A program made the position numbers and the translations under genes. Positions 13,817-30,103 of a stretch of DNA of 64,000 nt are shown in pieces (the stretch's first letter is position 1; the number at the start of each line of letters is the position of its first letter). Source of the DNA: Geosiphon pyriformis uo1 (lineage: Eukaryota; Fungi; Glomeromycota); contig JAAOMT010000603.1 of NCBI GenBank assembly GCA_016748015.1, positions 29,008-93,007 of the forward strand, in the 5' to 3' direction. The notes below the pieces were generated by a model, which saw only the letters and a list, made by a program, of their open reading frames with translations, ran no database searches and was not told where the DNA came from.

Positions 13817-16800
13817 ATGGTAAGTTCTCTTGATAAAAGCAAAATATACTGTAATTTAAGTCATTTTTTGAATTCGCGGATTTTAGGAGCAAATAGACCC
13901 CTCTGCAGCACTATTGAGTCTTCTTCACCAGAACCAATCTTCCCCAGCTGAATCATCGGGGGCTTTTCAAAGAAATTCAAGTGCTCAATCCTCATTCTCC
14001 CAAACAAACTCACAACCACCGACACAATCATCCCCACTGCTGCAACAGGATTCGACGAGCACTGCCTTATCCCTGTTCAGCGTGTCTCCTTATCGAGATC
14101 CTGGTTCCCAATCATTTAATGGGGGACTTAGTCTCATTTCGGGTATGACACTTCCCTCTAATGGCGTTCCCCCAGCTTCACCACCACCTCTATCGCCACC
14201 TCTAGAAACAATATCCCCATTATCCTCACATATTCATGTCTTGAAACCCATACCGATGGCTCCCCCACCTCCACCAATGTCCTATGTGACTTCTTATACA
14301 CGGGTGGCTTCTACAAATGCTTCTAGTGAGTCTGCTTCTCCTTCAACTTCTTCGGCCGCCTTAAATGTGGATCCCACTTTGAATGTTGATGAAGTACAAA
14401 CTAAATCTTTAAAATTGGCTCTTTTTGGTCCACAACAAATATCACAATTTGAAGTTGAAAATAATATCAGGTAAAATCCACAATCTATTTCGATTTGCTA
14501 TTTTATTCGAATGTTATAGTTTGTTTTATAAATATTTTCCCTTAAATACTATTAATATTCATAATGTCTCTTAGTTACCAACAGGAAGATCGTTTAATCT
14601 TGCCTTCAATTGATCCTGATATAGCTCAAGTCACGAAAATCGTAGAGGAGAAGATCGTATCTCCTACTGAACCTGTGGCCGAAGAACCCAATCCCTCTCC
14701 AATTAAAGTGATAGACTACAACACATTAGGGAGCCTTTCAGTAATCAAGCCAACATCCAAATCTGAATCATCTTCCTCGGAGAAGCAGTCGCCTATAGCG
14801 GCTCACAAGTCAATTTTTACTTACACTAACCCATTCGACCTTCTGAAAAAATCTCCACCTTCCACCTCTCCCCCAACCCAAGAATTTGTCCCTCAACAAT
14901 GGTCCACGTTTAATTCTTCTCCCTCTCTTAAAAAGCGGGAGGTTTCTACGGTACAGAAGGAAGGTGGGATGTTTTCGAGACCACAACATCAAACAGAACC
15001 CTTCTTATCGGGCCTTTCTGCATGGAATGTTCGAGCTACTTCTGCGCTCAAAACAGATCTTAGGTAATAAAACTATAAAGCTTTTCGACCTTAAACAAAG
15101 TTGATCTTTTTTCGAACGAGATCTGTGTATTATCCTTTCTATAAGTTAATATTACAAATTTTTATTAGTACTCCTGATGGTGTAAGACTACCTCCTAATG
15201 ATATAATATACAGCGCAGCGGAACGAAATGAAGCAGTATTATGCACCAAAGACTTAAATTTAGAAACCATAACTTTAGTTCCAAGTGATCTCGAATATCG
15301 CGTTGGAAAATCAATTGCTGTAAATGGGCAATACATTTGCTATACAGTGAAAGGTATTTGTAGCGTATCTCTTTTTTCCATCATTGATTTCATTATTAGG
15401 AATTTATATTTTAACGGTTTTGATTTACAGCTGGAAAAGTTCGCGTGATTAGCCTGCTTTTTGGCAGCAAAACTTTGCTGCGAAACCATGAAAAACCAAT
15501 TCTTGATATATGCATTCAGCCTTCTCCCGCTATAGATGCTCCAACTGAAAAGCAGCTACTCCTTGCAATTGGAGCTGATAGCAAGATCACTGTATGGGAA
15601 CTCTCTGAGCCGCCACAAGAGCAAAATGCGGAAATTCCGTATGTCTATAGGTTTCAGCTCGTTATTTAAAAAGCCATCCCTGTTGAATCTACTCTGAATT
15701 TTTTAGATATAAGACTATACTTGAGATTGATGGAAAGGGATCTGCTGACGATAAACAACGGCGTTACCTTCGGGCCATTTGGCATCCCCTAAATCGAAAC
15801 ATGTTCGCTGTCGCAACGGACACCAATGATGTTCTATTAATAAATATCGATAAACTCTTGCAGGGTAAAGAAATAGGGAGCTTCAAAGAATTTGAAATTG
15901 CCGAAAGGATTATCAAAACTGATCGTCATGACGAGGTTAATAATTTTGGCAATTAGATATTTATTATTTATTATCGGAATCATCCTAAATTTCCCTCTTC
16001 CTTTCAATGGAATATAGCCTATAACTGACATGGCATTTTCATATGATGGAACCATCCTTGCAACAGCAAGTTTTGAAAATATAATGTTTTCCGAGTCGGA
16101 GATAAATGATGATGTTTTCGAAGGAATTGGGCCAATTCACAAAATCATCATGAGCGGAGAACAAATTTCGTCGCTTTTCTTAGTTAACCCTGATAGTTGG
16201 CTTATAGGATCTCAGGAGCTTCAGCTGAAATGTCGCTATGCAATTATTGGTACCGAACGAAATACCAAATTACATCTTTATGATGTTGTGGAAGGACAAA
16301 TAATTCAGACTATAACGTTTTTGCCACCACCTGCCAGACGCCCATCTTTGAATAAAGCCTATCGAAAGGAGGAAGACATGTTTAATTGCATCGATTTTGA
16401 TCAACATAGTGGAACCCTGGTTCTTGCGAATAGTGCCAGAATATCCATTATTGCTTTGCATTTGAACACCTCACGGGAAAAGATAGATGATTCAAGCATC
16501 CCCCAATATAATACAGCTGCCAAAGAACCCATTGAAAATGAGCTAACAACATCACTTGAAGAATATTCTGCTGAATCTTCCAATCTGGCACAGTTTGATT
16601 ACATGATTGAGTATCCGATAAATCAACTTGTCGGTAGTTTTGTGCTTGTCTCAGATGTGTCAACCTCGAATCAGTCCAACGGATTTTCTTTTTATTGTAT
16701 TCAATCTAAAGCGGTACAGCAATATCACATTGCTTGCGAGGTATTGTTACCAAACAATATTGATGCTTGTCCTTTATTTGAAAGCGCTACGCGTATGGTC

Positions 16801-19465
16801 GGCCCAGTTGAACACGACGATAAAAAAATATTTACTATGGAATCCATGGTGGATGATATCAAGGAAGAAGCTGAAAAAAGGCTCACAAAGTCATCGGTCA
16901 AGTCTGAAAATTCACAATATCCAGTCTTTGATGAAAAAATTGAAAAAGACCTTATTAAAGAAACAGTTGTGGGTCAAGCCTCTACGGTTGCCGAGATTCC
17001 TCCAAATGATTTAAATGCACTTGGTTCGGAAATACAAGAGATAGAGGTAACGGAAAAAAGAACAGTTTCTGAATACGCCTCTGATAATATTCTAGAGGCA
17101 GCTCTGAGTGCTCTTAATAACCCCGAAGAAATTGAAGGAAAAAGTTTGGACAATCCCAAGGGGACATCATCTGGGATTAAACTTTCTGGGTCCGCTGTCA
17201 ATGTTACAATTGCGAAACTGAAAGAAAAAAAGAGAGGAAATGGTTCAACAGTCCACAGTGATACTTTATCTGATTCAGAGAAAAACATAAGACGTAAGGA
17301 GTCCCGAAAAGTTATCGAAAAGGAAAAGGAAAAGGAAGTTGCTGATGGCTTTTCAGATACCATTGGGAAACCTGCGGGAAAGAAAGCAATAAATGGGAAA
17401 CTCACTAGCAGTGCTGAAAAATCACGTAGAAACGCCGATACACCTCAAGAAATTCCAAACAATAGGACCAATGCTGGCACCAAACTTTTTTCACCTACTA
17501 ATCCGTTATCATCCTCTAGTGGATACGAACTACTTATAGCAAATGATGTTTCTCAACAAGGTCAAAGGCGGTCCATTGCCTCACCTGAAGTTTATAGCAA
17601 TCAAAACCTTACCCGAGAATTGAAAAAAATAGAGGACAGTCTTACAAACAAAATCAGCAAAATGTTCGCTAAAGAAATGGATAAGCAATGTTTGTCACCT
17701 TAATTTATTTGTTTCAAAATCTTATCTAACATTAATGAAGGAAACTAACCTTGCTATCTAATTGATTTATCCTGATAGATCAAAGATTGGAAGATGAACG
17801 CAACTCTCATCAAGCAGCCGAGACCACGCGTCAGGAAACTATTCTGAAGCTAGTTTCACAAGCTCTTAACAATAACACTGCAAAATTTTTGGAATCAACT
17901 ATTCGCTCGGAAATACAAAATAATGTCATTCCCATGTTGAACAAATTAGTCGCTACTTCAGTTGACAAACAGGTTAACCGTGGAATGGTAGAAGCTATTA
18001 ACAAAGTATACAATGATAATTGATATCCGATGTTTGAGGGAATTATGAATAGATTGTTAATTTTTACTGATGCATTTATTTACGTCCAGAGTATCCCGGC
18101 GGCTATTGATAAAACAGTAACAGAAAATGTACAACGTGTACTCTCAAAATCATCGGTTATTGATTCTATTGCAAAGAGTGTATCCAAGTCTATCAAACCT
18201 ATAATTGAAGAAATATATCGGGAAAATTTTTCCAATATGCTGATCCCTTCATACCAAAACGCCACTACTGCTATGTTTGAGCAAATTCACAGAACTTTCG
18301 AGGCTGGATTACAGCAGATCGCGCAAAAGACTGCGCAATCTCATGCTGGATCTGCTGCAGAATCAAGTGCCATAGTACGGCTTCAAGCCTCAATTGATCA
18401 ACTCACCATTTCGATGTCGCAATTGCAACAGGTGCAACAGCTGCAAGCCACCATGCAAGCCAATCTAATAAGTCAATTGAATGGTTCGCATTCTGAACAA
18501 CAAATTGGAAGAAATTCTAATGAATATCCTTTTTCTCTTCTCGAAATCTTGAAGATTTTAATCAAGAAATTCCCATGTAAAGTAGGATGGAAATTCCCTT
18601 AACCATACCTCTTTCTTACCCTGCAGCATCAATTAGCTCGCGAACTGAAGAAAATGCTCAATCCGCAAGTGATGGCGGCATCTCAAACGTCGTCGACGAT
18701 TGCGCAAGATTTATATGGATACCCATCTTCAGGCAGAACATCATCTTCACAACAACAACAGCAGCATCATCAACAAACACCTCTTCAACAACATCACCTT
18801 CAACAACAGCGACAAATATTTTCTCCTATGGAGCCTCCTGGACTCGTGGAGCTGAAAACAACTATCGATCGACTTTTAGAATTAGGGGAGTATGAAGAGG
18901 CTTTTTTAAAGGTATGTCCTTCATAAATGCTAAAAAATCATGTTTACGACACCATTTGTTAACTATCCCTATACTTTTCTCCTGACCAAAGGCTCTCGCA
19001 TCCAGTGATCTATCAATAATTTTACGCCTCTGCAATAAAGTGAGCCCTAAAACCGTGTTTTTCCCGTCACGACCATTGCTCTCCCAGCCTGTGATACTTT
19101 CACTTGTTCATCAACTTACCTTTGATTTAAGTAATTATCCGGAGCTAAAGTTCTTGTGGATAGAAGAGGCTTTGATTCATTTGGTTCCTAAGGTAACATG
19201 TTGATTTGCAATTTATCAATTTATTCTTACGTAGACATGAATCTTTAAACTCCCCATTATTTGGTCCCTTGGATATTTTCTATAATTGCAGGATAAAACT
19301 ATCAGAGATCATTCTCAAGTGATTCTTCAACTTGCAAGGCAACGATTGATAGATCGCTGTAGTCAAATTGCCTCTGAAGAAAATCAGAACCCTTATTTGA
19401 AAAGCATCACGGTTCTAATTCACATATTGAATAGTCTCATGAAATATCCCAACACTCAAACATGA
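13817..19465 (+). CDS. EDC4: Enhancer of mRNA decapping 4 (EDC4/Ge-1/Pdc1): WD40 domain, low-complexity linker, helical C-terminus
   Basis: First coding exon is ATG alone (13817-13819, then GTAAGT). IAVNGQYICYTVK.GKVRVI..LLRNHEKPILD WD40 start; C-terminal GEYEEAFLK|AL...LSQPVILSLVHQL...KFLWIEEAL typical of Ge-1. Confidence 0.85.
18524..18619 (+). other. U12-type (minor spliceosome) AT-AC intron in EDC4
   Basis: 5' end ATATCCTTTT, branch TTCCCTTAAC at about 18594-18603, 3' end TTAC. Removal skips an in-frame stop and joins RNSN-D-LQHQLARELKKMLNPQ. Confidence 0.92.
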
Positions 19466-19787
19466 AGAGGGTACAGCCCAATTTTCCGATACATGTCAGT
19501 CTTTTTTGAGCAATTGTAATATTTGACCTAAATTTTAGTTGTCACTGGGCAAGTTATTTATTAGTGCTATCAACAGATTTTACTACCAAAAATGAACTAT
19601 GATCCAGTGAAACTTTTGGTTTCGAAAATCCTGTACATTAAGAAATTTCAATTTTAATAAAGAGTTATAGGGCAGTTGGTCCATTCGTCATAAATTTGAT
19701 TCAAAATAAAAATATGCTAATTTCTAATTGGGAATTAACAAGTATCCTTACAATATGCCATATAATAATAGCATCGGTGTCGAGGAA

Positions 19788-23148
<3,361 letters not shown>

Positions 23149-25947
23149 CTTTGGTTGAAATGTTGAAAGATAAAAGTACGCTTAAATTGGATAAGTGTTT
23201 CAATAAAAGCTGTAAGGAGATATTCAAGACACGTCTGTTACTCAATTTTTACGCGCCCTCATTCTCATTATATTGATATATATATTATGATGGATAGGTG
23301 ATCCCATGATGACTCAGCAGTAGAAAGGTTTTATCTGAACATTCAGATTATCCATCTTAAATTTTAAGTTTCTGAATTTTTAAATTTAATACAAAAAATA
23401 TAATTAATTTATTATAAAATTAATAATTATAAAAATTAATAATAAATTAAAATTAAAATTGTAAATTTAATAAATAAATATTATATAAATTATAATAATA
23501 AAAAACTTCTTTTTTTTTATTCAAAATTCTTTAAAAAACAATATTTTAAAAAAAGTTTTTGTTTTTTGTATTTTTTTTTTGTATTTTTCTTTTATATTTT
23601 TCACAATTTTCTAAAACACAAACTCTTTTATTGTAAATTAGATAACTGCTTTTAACAATAATATAACAAAAAAAACAACAAAAGAAACTGCTTATAGTTC
23701 TGTTAATAATACTTTTTTTAAAGCAAAAAATTTTAGTTAATAATATTAAATACTTTAATAATAATAATAAAAAACATATTACTAAACAGATTTTTAATTA
23801 GTGTTAATTGATTTTAAACAAAAACTCATTTGAATAAAAAAATAATTATAAAATAAATAATAAGAATAAAATTCATCTTAATTTTAGAATAAATATTCTT
23901 AAAATAAAAAAAATTAATATTAACAAGATAGATAATACTTTAATTAAAACTTTTAATTATAATATAAATAATAAGTTAATTTAATAATAATTAAAGAAAA
24001 AATAAAAATATTTATTAAAAAATTTTATATGTTAAATATTAACTTTTTAAATTTTTTTTTAATAAAGACATTTATTAAGTAAAGTTCAACTACTATCTAA
24101 TACATAGAATTAGACTAAGTGGCTTAAACTAAATATGACTTATATACTTACTACATGTGGCTAGCTACTTAGACCAGACAAAGCAATACTACATACCTAT
24201 ACAAACACAAACATTACAATCTAAATCAAAAAAAAAACATAGTTTATAATAGCCAAAACTAATAGCAAAGGACTCAATAATGTTAAACATCCTGATCATA
24301 CTATCCAACAGTATTGATGTTAAACTATAAAACAAACCAGACATCACACCACCATTTCCAATCAAACTAGTTTTCTCTATATTAATTCTAAACTTAGACT
24401 TAATCAATCAGACTCTAGAATAATACAACTTTACCAGATACCTCACAAAATCAATAATAACAAAGGTGGACTTTTTTCTACCATCAAAAATTTTAATAGT
24501 CTCTGTATACTAATTCTTTAGTACAAACTCTTTGCACATAATTGCATAAGTCTCAATATTTAATGAACAACAAAAAAACACTCTTAAAACAGCAAAAGAA
24601 GACAAATCATAAGCACTTGTTAAAGCAGTCTATTGTGTAAAGGCCTTAGCCAAAATTTTTTTTTGAACATTAATATTCCAAGCACAAGTAAAAACATAAT
24701 TTGATAATTCCATCTTACTACACAACAAATACAGCACACTAAAATATCCTCTATCATACAATCTCTTTTTAACAGCCACTGGTAATTGTCTGTATACAGC
24801 TTTTATCAAATACATATAAAAATTGGATAACTTTTGACTAATAAAACCAACAAGCATATGTGAATCAGAGTGCCAGATTTTTGTGATAACATTCCAATCT
24901 ATATTATTAATTAATACATTAAGAACTACATTGTGGCCAAAGCCAGCTTTCCAATGAGCACAACAAACAGATCTAAAAATGTTTTTAACAAAATAATGAG
25001 TATTGTCAGATACAACAGTGTCTTCAATTACCAAAAAACATTTTTATACTCCTACTGGCAAAAAAAAAGGAAAGTCAGCAGTCATGCCTACAGTAATATC
25101 TGCTTTTACATTATTATAAATCTCAAAATGATCTTTAATCTTAATTCAACTTACCATGAGATTTTTATTCCTAATCAAATTATTAATATGCCTTTTTTCA
25201 ATTCACCATTGATTACAGAAATCTGGCATAGCAAATAACACCTCAGACATATACATATTAATAGCAACTTGGCTGTTAAAATGCAAAACCAAAGAACAGA
25301 ATAACAGAATACACTCCAAAGACAAAGAAACAGCCTGCAACTCAGCCATAGTGGAAAATACCAGACTGCAAACTCTAATACCAACACTCATATCCAAAGC
25401 TAGAAAGTATGTAGTAGCACTACAAATAACACCAACAAAAGCCAGCATTCTTTAATAAACTATCTGTGTATACTTCGAATAAACCAGACCAAATATCATG
25501 TAAACTATTCTGTATATTAGCAAACTTTCTGGAATTCAAAATGTCTAAGCTAACTGGCCAAGTAAATACAAGTAAAATAAGTAACAAAAAACTCTTATTA
25601 CACAATAATTTTGATGTGATCTTAAACCAAAAAGAAACAAAATCTCTAGGATCCAACCTCTTTTATTAACAAAAAGTCTTCCAATCTATTATACAGTCTT
25701 TCTTATCAAAAAGTTTATCACTATAAGTGATCTCAAAATGCTTCAAGAAACAAACAGAACTAAGATATAAAGTCCTTTCAAAAATTAATAACATAAAAAA
25801 AACACCAGAACTACAAAAAGCATTGGGCAAATTGTTTATCAAAAAAAGATTATTGCTTAAAAAATCTTAATCATACCAGCCAGAAAATTGTTCACAGGAC
25901 TAACAAGCAATTTAACAAGGAATTGCAAAGAATTCAAAGAAGCCCAG

Positions 25948-26918
25948 TGTTACTAGTAGAATTTTAGCTATTAATTAGCATGAAATTACTCTTATAATTT
26001 CTATTATTAATTAGCATATATTATTATCATTTTGATTATCACTTATTATTTAATCAAATTATCAAATATCATTACTCAATCAATAATCTAATTTGTATTA
26101 TAGAAATTAAGATGATTAAATTACACAATACCCTGAACCATTTAACATAGTCAAAATTTGCCGAAATTAATAAAAATTGGCCGAAATAATCAATAGTTTA
26201 GTGAAATAACTTGTAGTTTGCCGAAATGTATCTTTAGTTCACCCAAATTGTAGCAAAGAGAAAAGTGCAAATTCAAAGACTAGTACTACAACAAGTTGTA
26301 TAAAAAAAGAGCTTCTCTCTTCAAAAAAATGTATTTTTTTATAATACTTTATCATAGTATCTTACTTTAGATATCTTAATTAAAACAAATTACCTTTTAC
26401 ATATTTCAAATAAAAATTAAATATTTGAAACCCAAATTCTTTGATTATTGTACTTGAAATTTTCTCAACACAACTAACGTTTTGAAATTGATTAGCTACC
26501 AATTTCAATAATCTGTTAGTGATTCCAGGCCTGGATAGAAAACATTTCCCTTAATAAAATCTTATTTCTTTTATATTTCTTTTATTTTTCTTCTTTCTAT
26601 TATCATAATCATTAAGGTAGCCTACAGATAAGATTCCTGTAAAAAAGTTGACTTTTACAACAAAATAACTACACATTTTTAGTAAGCTTTCAAACAAGCA
26701 ATTCCTGAGAAAAAGTTGATGTTTACTACAATGTAATTACATAAAGCAACTGGTAAGGAATTGGCCATTCTACTTATAAGCCCAGCAGTTCAAATTATAG
26801 GAAATAATTTAAAGATAAATTCAGTTACTGAAGATCCAACTACTTCTTGAGAATGTGAATTTACAGCAAATCAACATTAACAACATTCAAGAAAAGAGAC
26901 CAAAAACCTTCAGTAACA
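25948..26918 (+). mobile_element. Solo LTR, family A (~970 bp)
   Basis: TGTTAC...GTAACA termini, TSD CCAG/CCAG, LINE sequence resumes on both sides; homologous to 49049-50021. Confidence 0.93.
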
Positions 26919-29128
26919 CCAGTCTAAAATTTGCAAATCCAAGAACTTATGATGAAACAAATGATCAAGAATGCCCAAAGCATTAAAAAATAAGACTACA
27001 ATAGCAAATTTACTCTTTGATTGCACTTGCTCAAAAGATTTCAGACTATATAATAATAAATGGTGCAAAGCTTCATTAAAAAAATTATGTGGCAAATATG
27101 TTTTAGACTTAAAACTCTTTTTGACCATAACATTTCACTTGCAATACACACTTGACAAGACAAAACTAAACTAGATTTTGTAACTAACAATGAGCTGTAA
27201 AACAACTAACACTAAATAAAAAAACTGCTTATTTATAATAGCCTTTCTGAGTACAATGTTGATAAAAAAATAAACATCAGAGTAAATCTTAGCCACACTT
27301 AACTTGGACAGTTCTTTAGTTGATAAAAAAATTCTCAGATATCTGTGTGTTTTACTCTTTTTGGCAATTAAAATTGATTGACCACTGACATTTAAAAAAG
27401 CAACCTTAATACCCTAATTAATAAGAATAGCCACAGTTTTTTCAATATTAATCAAAATATTATTGATCAAAAAAAATTCACTAATAATATCCAAAGCATA
27501 CTGCATAAAAGCCTGACAATTTCCAACCCAAATTGTATCATCAACAAATGTGCCAGCTACAAAAAAAGAAGACAAACTATTACTATTCTCAATTCTGCCA
27601 GTTTTTACTACAAACTTGGTATCAATCCAATATCTACATAAATATTCATGTCTCTTGATTTTACATAACAGTAGATTATAGAAGATTCTTCAAAAAAGAG
27701 AGGAAAAAACTTTACCCTAATCCAAACCATTATGCACTTTATAGTTTTTTAAGAGATTGAAATCTATCATTATCTTATTAACCCTATTACTATATATGCT
27801 ATCAAAAAAATCAATGAATCTATCACACATTTTAATCTGTCTCAAGCTAGCCTTCAAGTGATGCCAATTAATTGAATCATATATCTTATGCATATTTTAC
27901 AAAACCAACCAAAGTTTCCAATTCTTTTTTAATGTATTTTCAACTACTAAACCAACTGCAAACATCAGAGATTGGATGGATATACCTTTTAAAACAGAAA
28001 AATTATTACCACAAAGGACACCAAACTTGCTGTACATAAATAAAATTCTATTAAAAAGAATCTTAAAAAGAATTTTCCTAGCAGTCTCAATTAATACAAT
28101 AGGATAAATGTTCATAAGAACTCCATCTTAGTTATAGGATTTAGAAATCATTAAGACTCAAGTCTTTTTCCATAAAACAAAAACACCACCAACTGTTAAA
28201 CATACATTTAACAGTCTTAAGAGGCACTTCATTACCTTATTTTTACTATGCTTCTATAGTTTATTAAGAATGCCAGACAATCCTACAGCTTTGCCATCAG
28301 GCAGACCATCAACAACCAAGAGCAACTTACTCATATTGATTGCACACATCACACTAAAAAAAGTATTATTCCTTATGTAATTTAATAGAGCATATTGGCA
28401 AGCTCAGAGATCAGACACTGCTAAAGATACATTCTGTTTTCTTGTCCATTTTTCCATAATTTTATTGACACTGAGCCTTACTTCTTTTGGTTTCATTTAT
28501 TATCTACTACCAAGTAAATCAGAATTACTTTGCAAAAGAGCTGATCCAAAACACTTCTAATCATACTGTTCTTATTAGAATAAAAATTTTTCATGTATCT
28601 TTCAACCATCTTTCTAATAGATGTTTCTTCACCAATTTTGATTCATATATCTTAAACCACCTATACTCTTTTCTAACCAGAGACAAATATTTGAGAATAT
28701 CTATCAAATTTCTACTATTTTGAATCATGTTAGTTATTACAAAAGCTTTTTCAGCATCCAAAATCAACCACTTTCTTATGAAATAATCGAAATCAATGTT
28801 GTTACCTGAGCTCAATCTTTTAACAATTTTGACAACTAATAATTTCAGCTCTAGAAACTTAAAAGATTGCATATTTTTCAAACATTAAAAATTATCAAAC
28901 CAAAGTCTAGAAAATATTTTATCAGCCAAATTCATTATTACTCTCTTCAACAACAACCACATATTGTCCAAATTATAATGAGCTTTAGCATTCAGAAGCT
29001 TATCTCTTATTCCCAAAAGTTTGGCAAAAGAGCAATTCTTAAAACATATTTACTTGGCCCCATTTATGTCTTTAATTTTAAACTTTTAACAATTCTTATT
29101 AGCTTGTTTACACAAGATATTTAGACAA

Positions 29129-30103
29129 TATTACTGGAGGTTTTTGGTCTCTTTTCTTAACTGTTGTTAATGTTTGTTTGTTGTTAATTTCATATTTTCT
29201 GGAAGCAGTTGAACCTCTAATAACTGAATTTATCTTCAAATTATCTCTTATAATTTAAACTGCTGGGCTTATAAGTGGAAAAGCCAATTCTGTGTCAGTT
29301 ATTTTGTGTAGTTATGTTGTAGTAAATGTTAACTCTTTCTTAGGAATTGCTTATCTAGAAGCTTACTAAAAATGTGTAGTTACTTTGCTATGAAAGTTAA
29401 CTCTTTTATAGGAATTTTGTCTGTAGGCTACCCTACTAATTATAATAAGAAAAAAATAAAAAAATAAGAGAAATATAAAAGAAATAAAATTGTGTCAAGG
29501 AAAACGTTTTTCTATTCAGGTCTGGAATCACTAACAGATTACTGAAATTGGTAGCTAATCAATTTCAAAATGTTAGTTGTGTTAAGAGAATTTCAAATGT
29601 AATAGTTTAAAGAATTTGGTTTTTGAATATTTAATTTTTATTTAAGATATGTAAAAGGTAATTTGTTTTAATTAAGATATCTAAAGTAAGATACTATAAT
29701 AAGATATTAGGAGAAGATACATTTTTTTGAAAAGAAAAGCTCTTCTTTTATACAACTTGTTATAATACTAGTTTTTGAACTTGCACTTTTTTTTTTGCTC
29801 TAATTTCGGTAAATTAAAGATACATTTTGGCAAACTACAAGTTATTTTTACAAACTATTGATTATTTTAGCCAATTTTCATCAATTTTGGCGAATTTTGA
29901 CTATATTAAATGGTTCAAGATATTGTGTAATTTAATTATTTTAATTTCTATAGTACAAATCGGGTTATTAATTGAATGATAATATTTGATAATTTGGTTA
30001 AATAATAATTAATAATTGAAATGATAATAATATATGCTAATTAATAATAAGAATTATAAGGATAATTTCATGCTAATTAATAACTAAAATTTTACTGGTA
30101 ACA
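29129..30103 (-). mobile_element. Solo LTR, family A, inverted
   Basis: Reverse-complement copy of 25948-26918; termini TATTAC (decayed TGTTAC)...GTAACA; TSD ACAA/ATAA. Confidence 0.9.
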
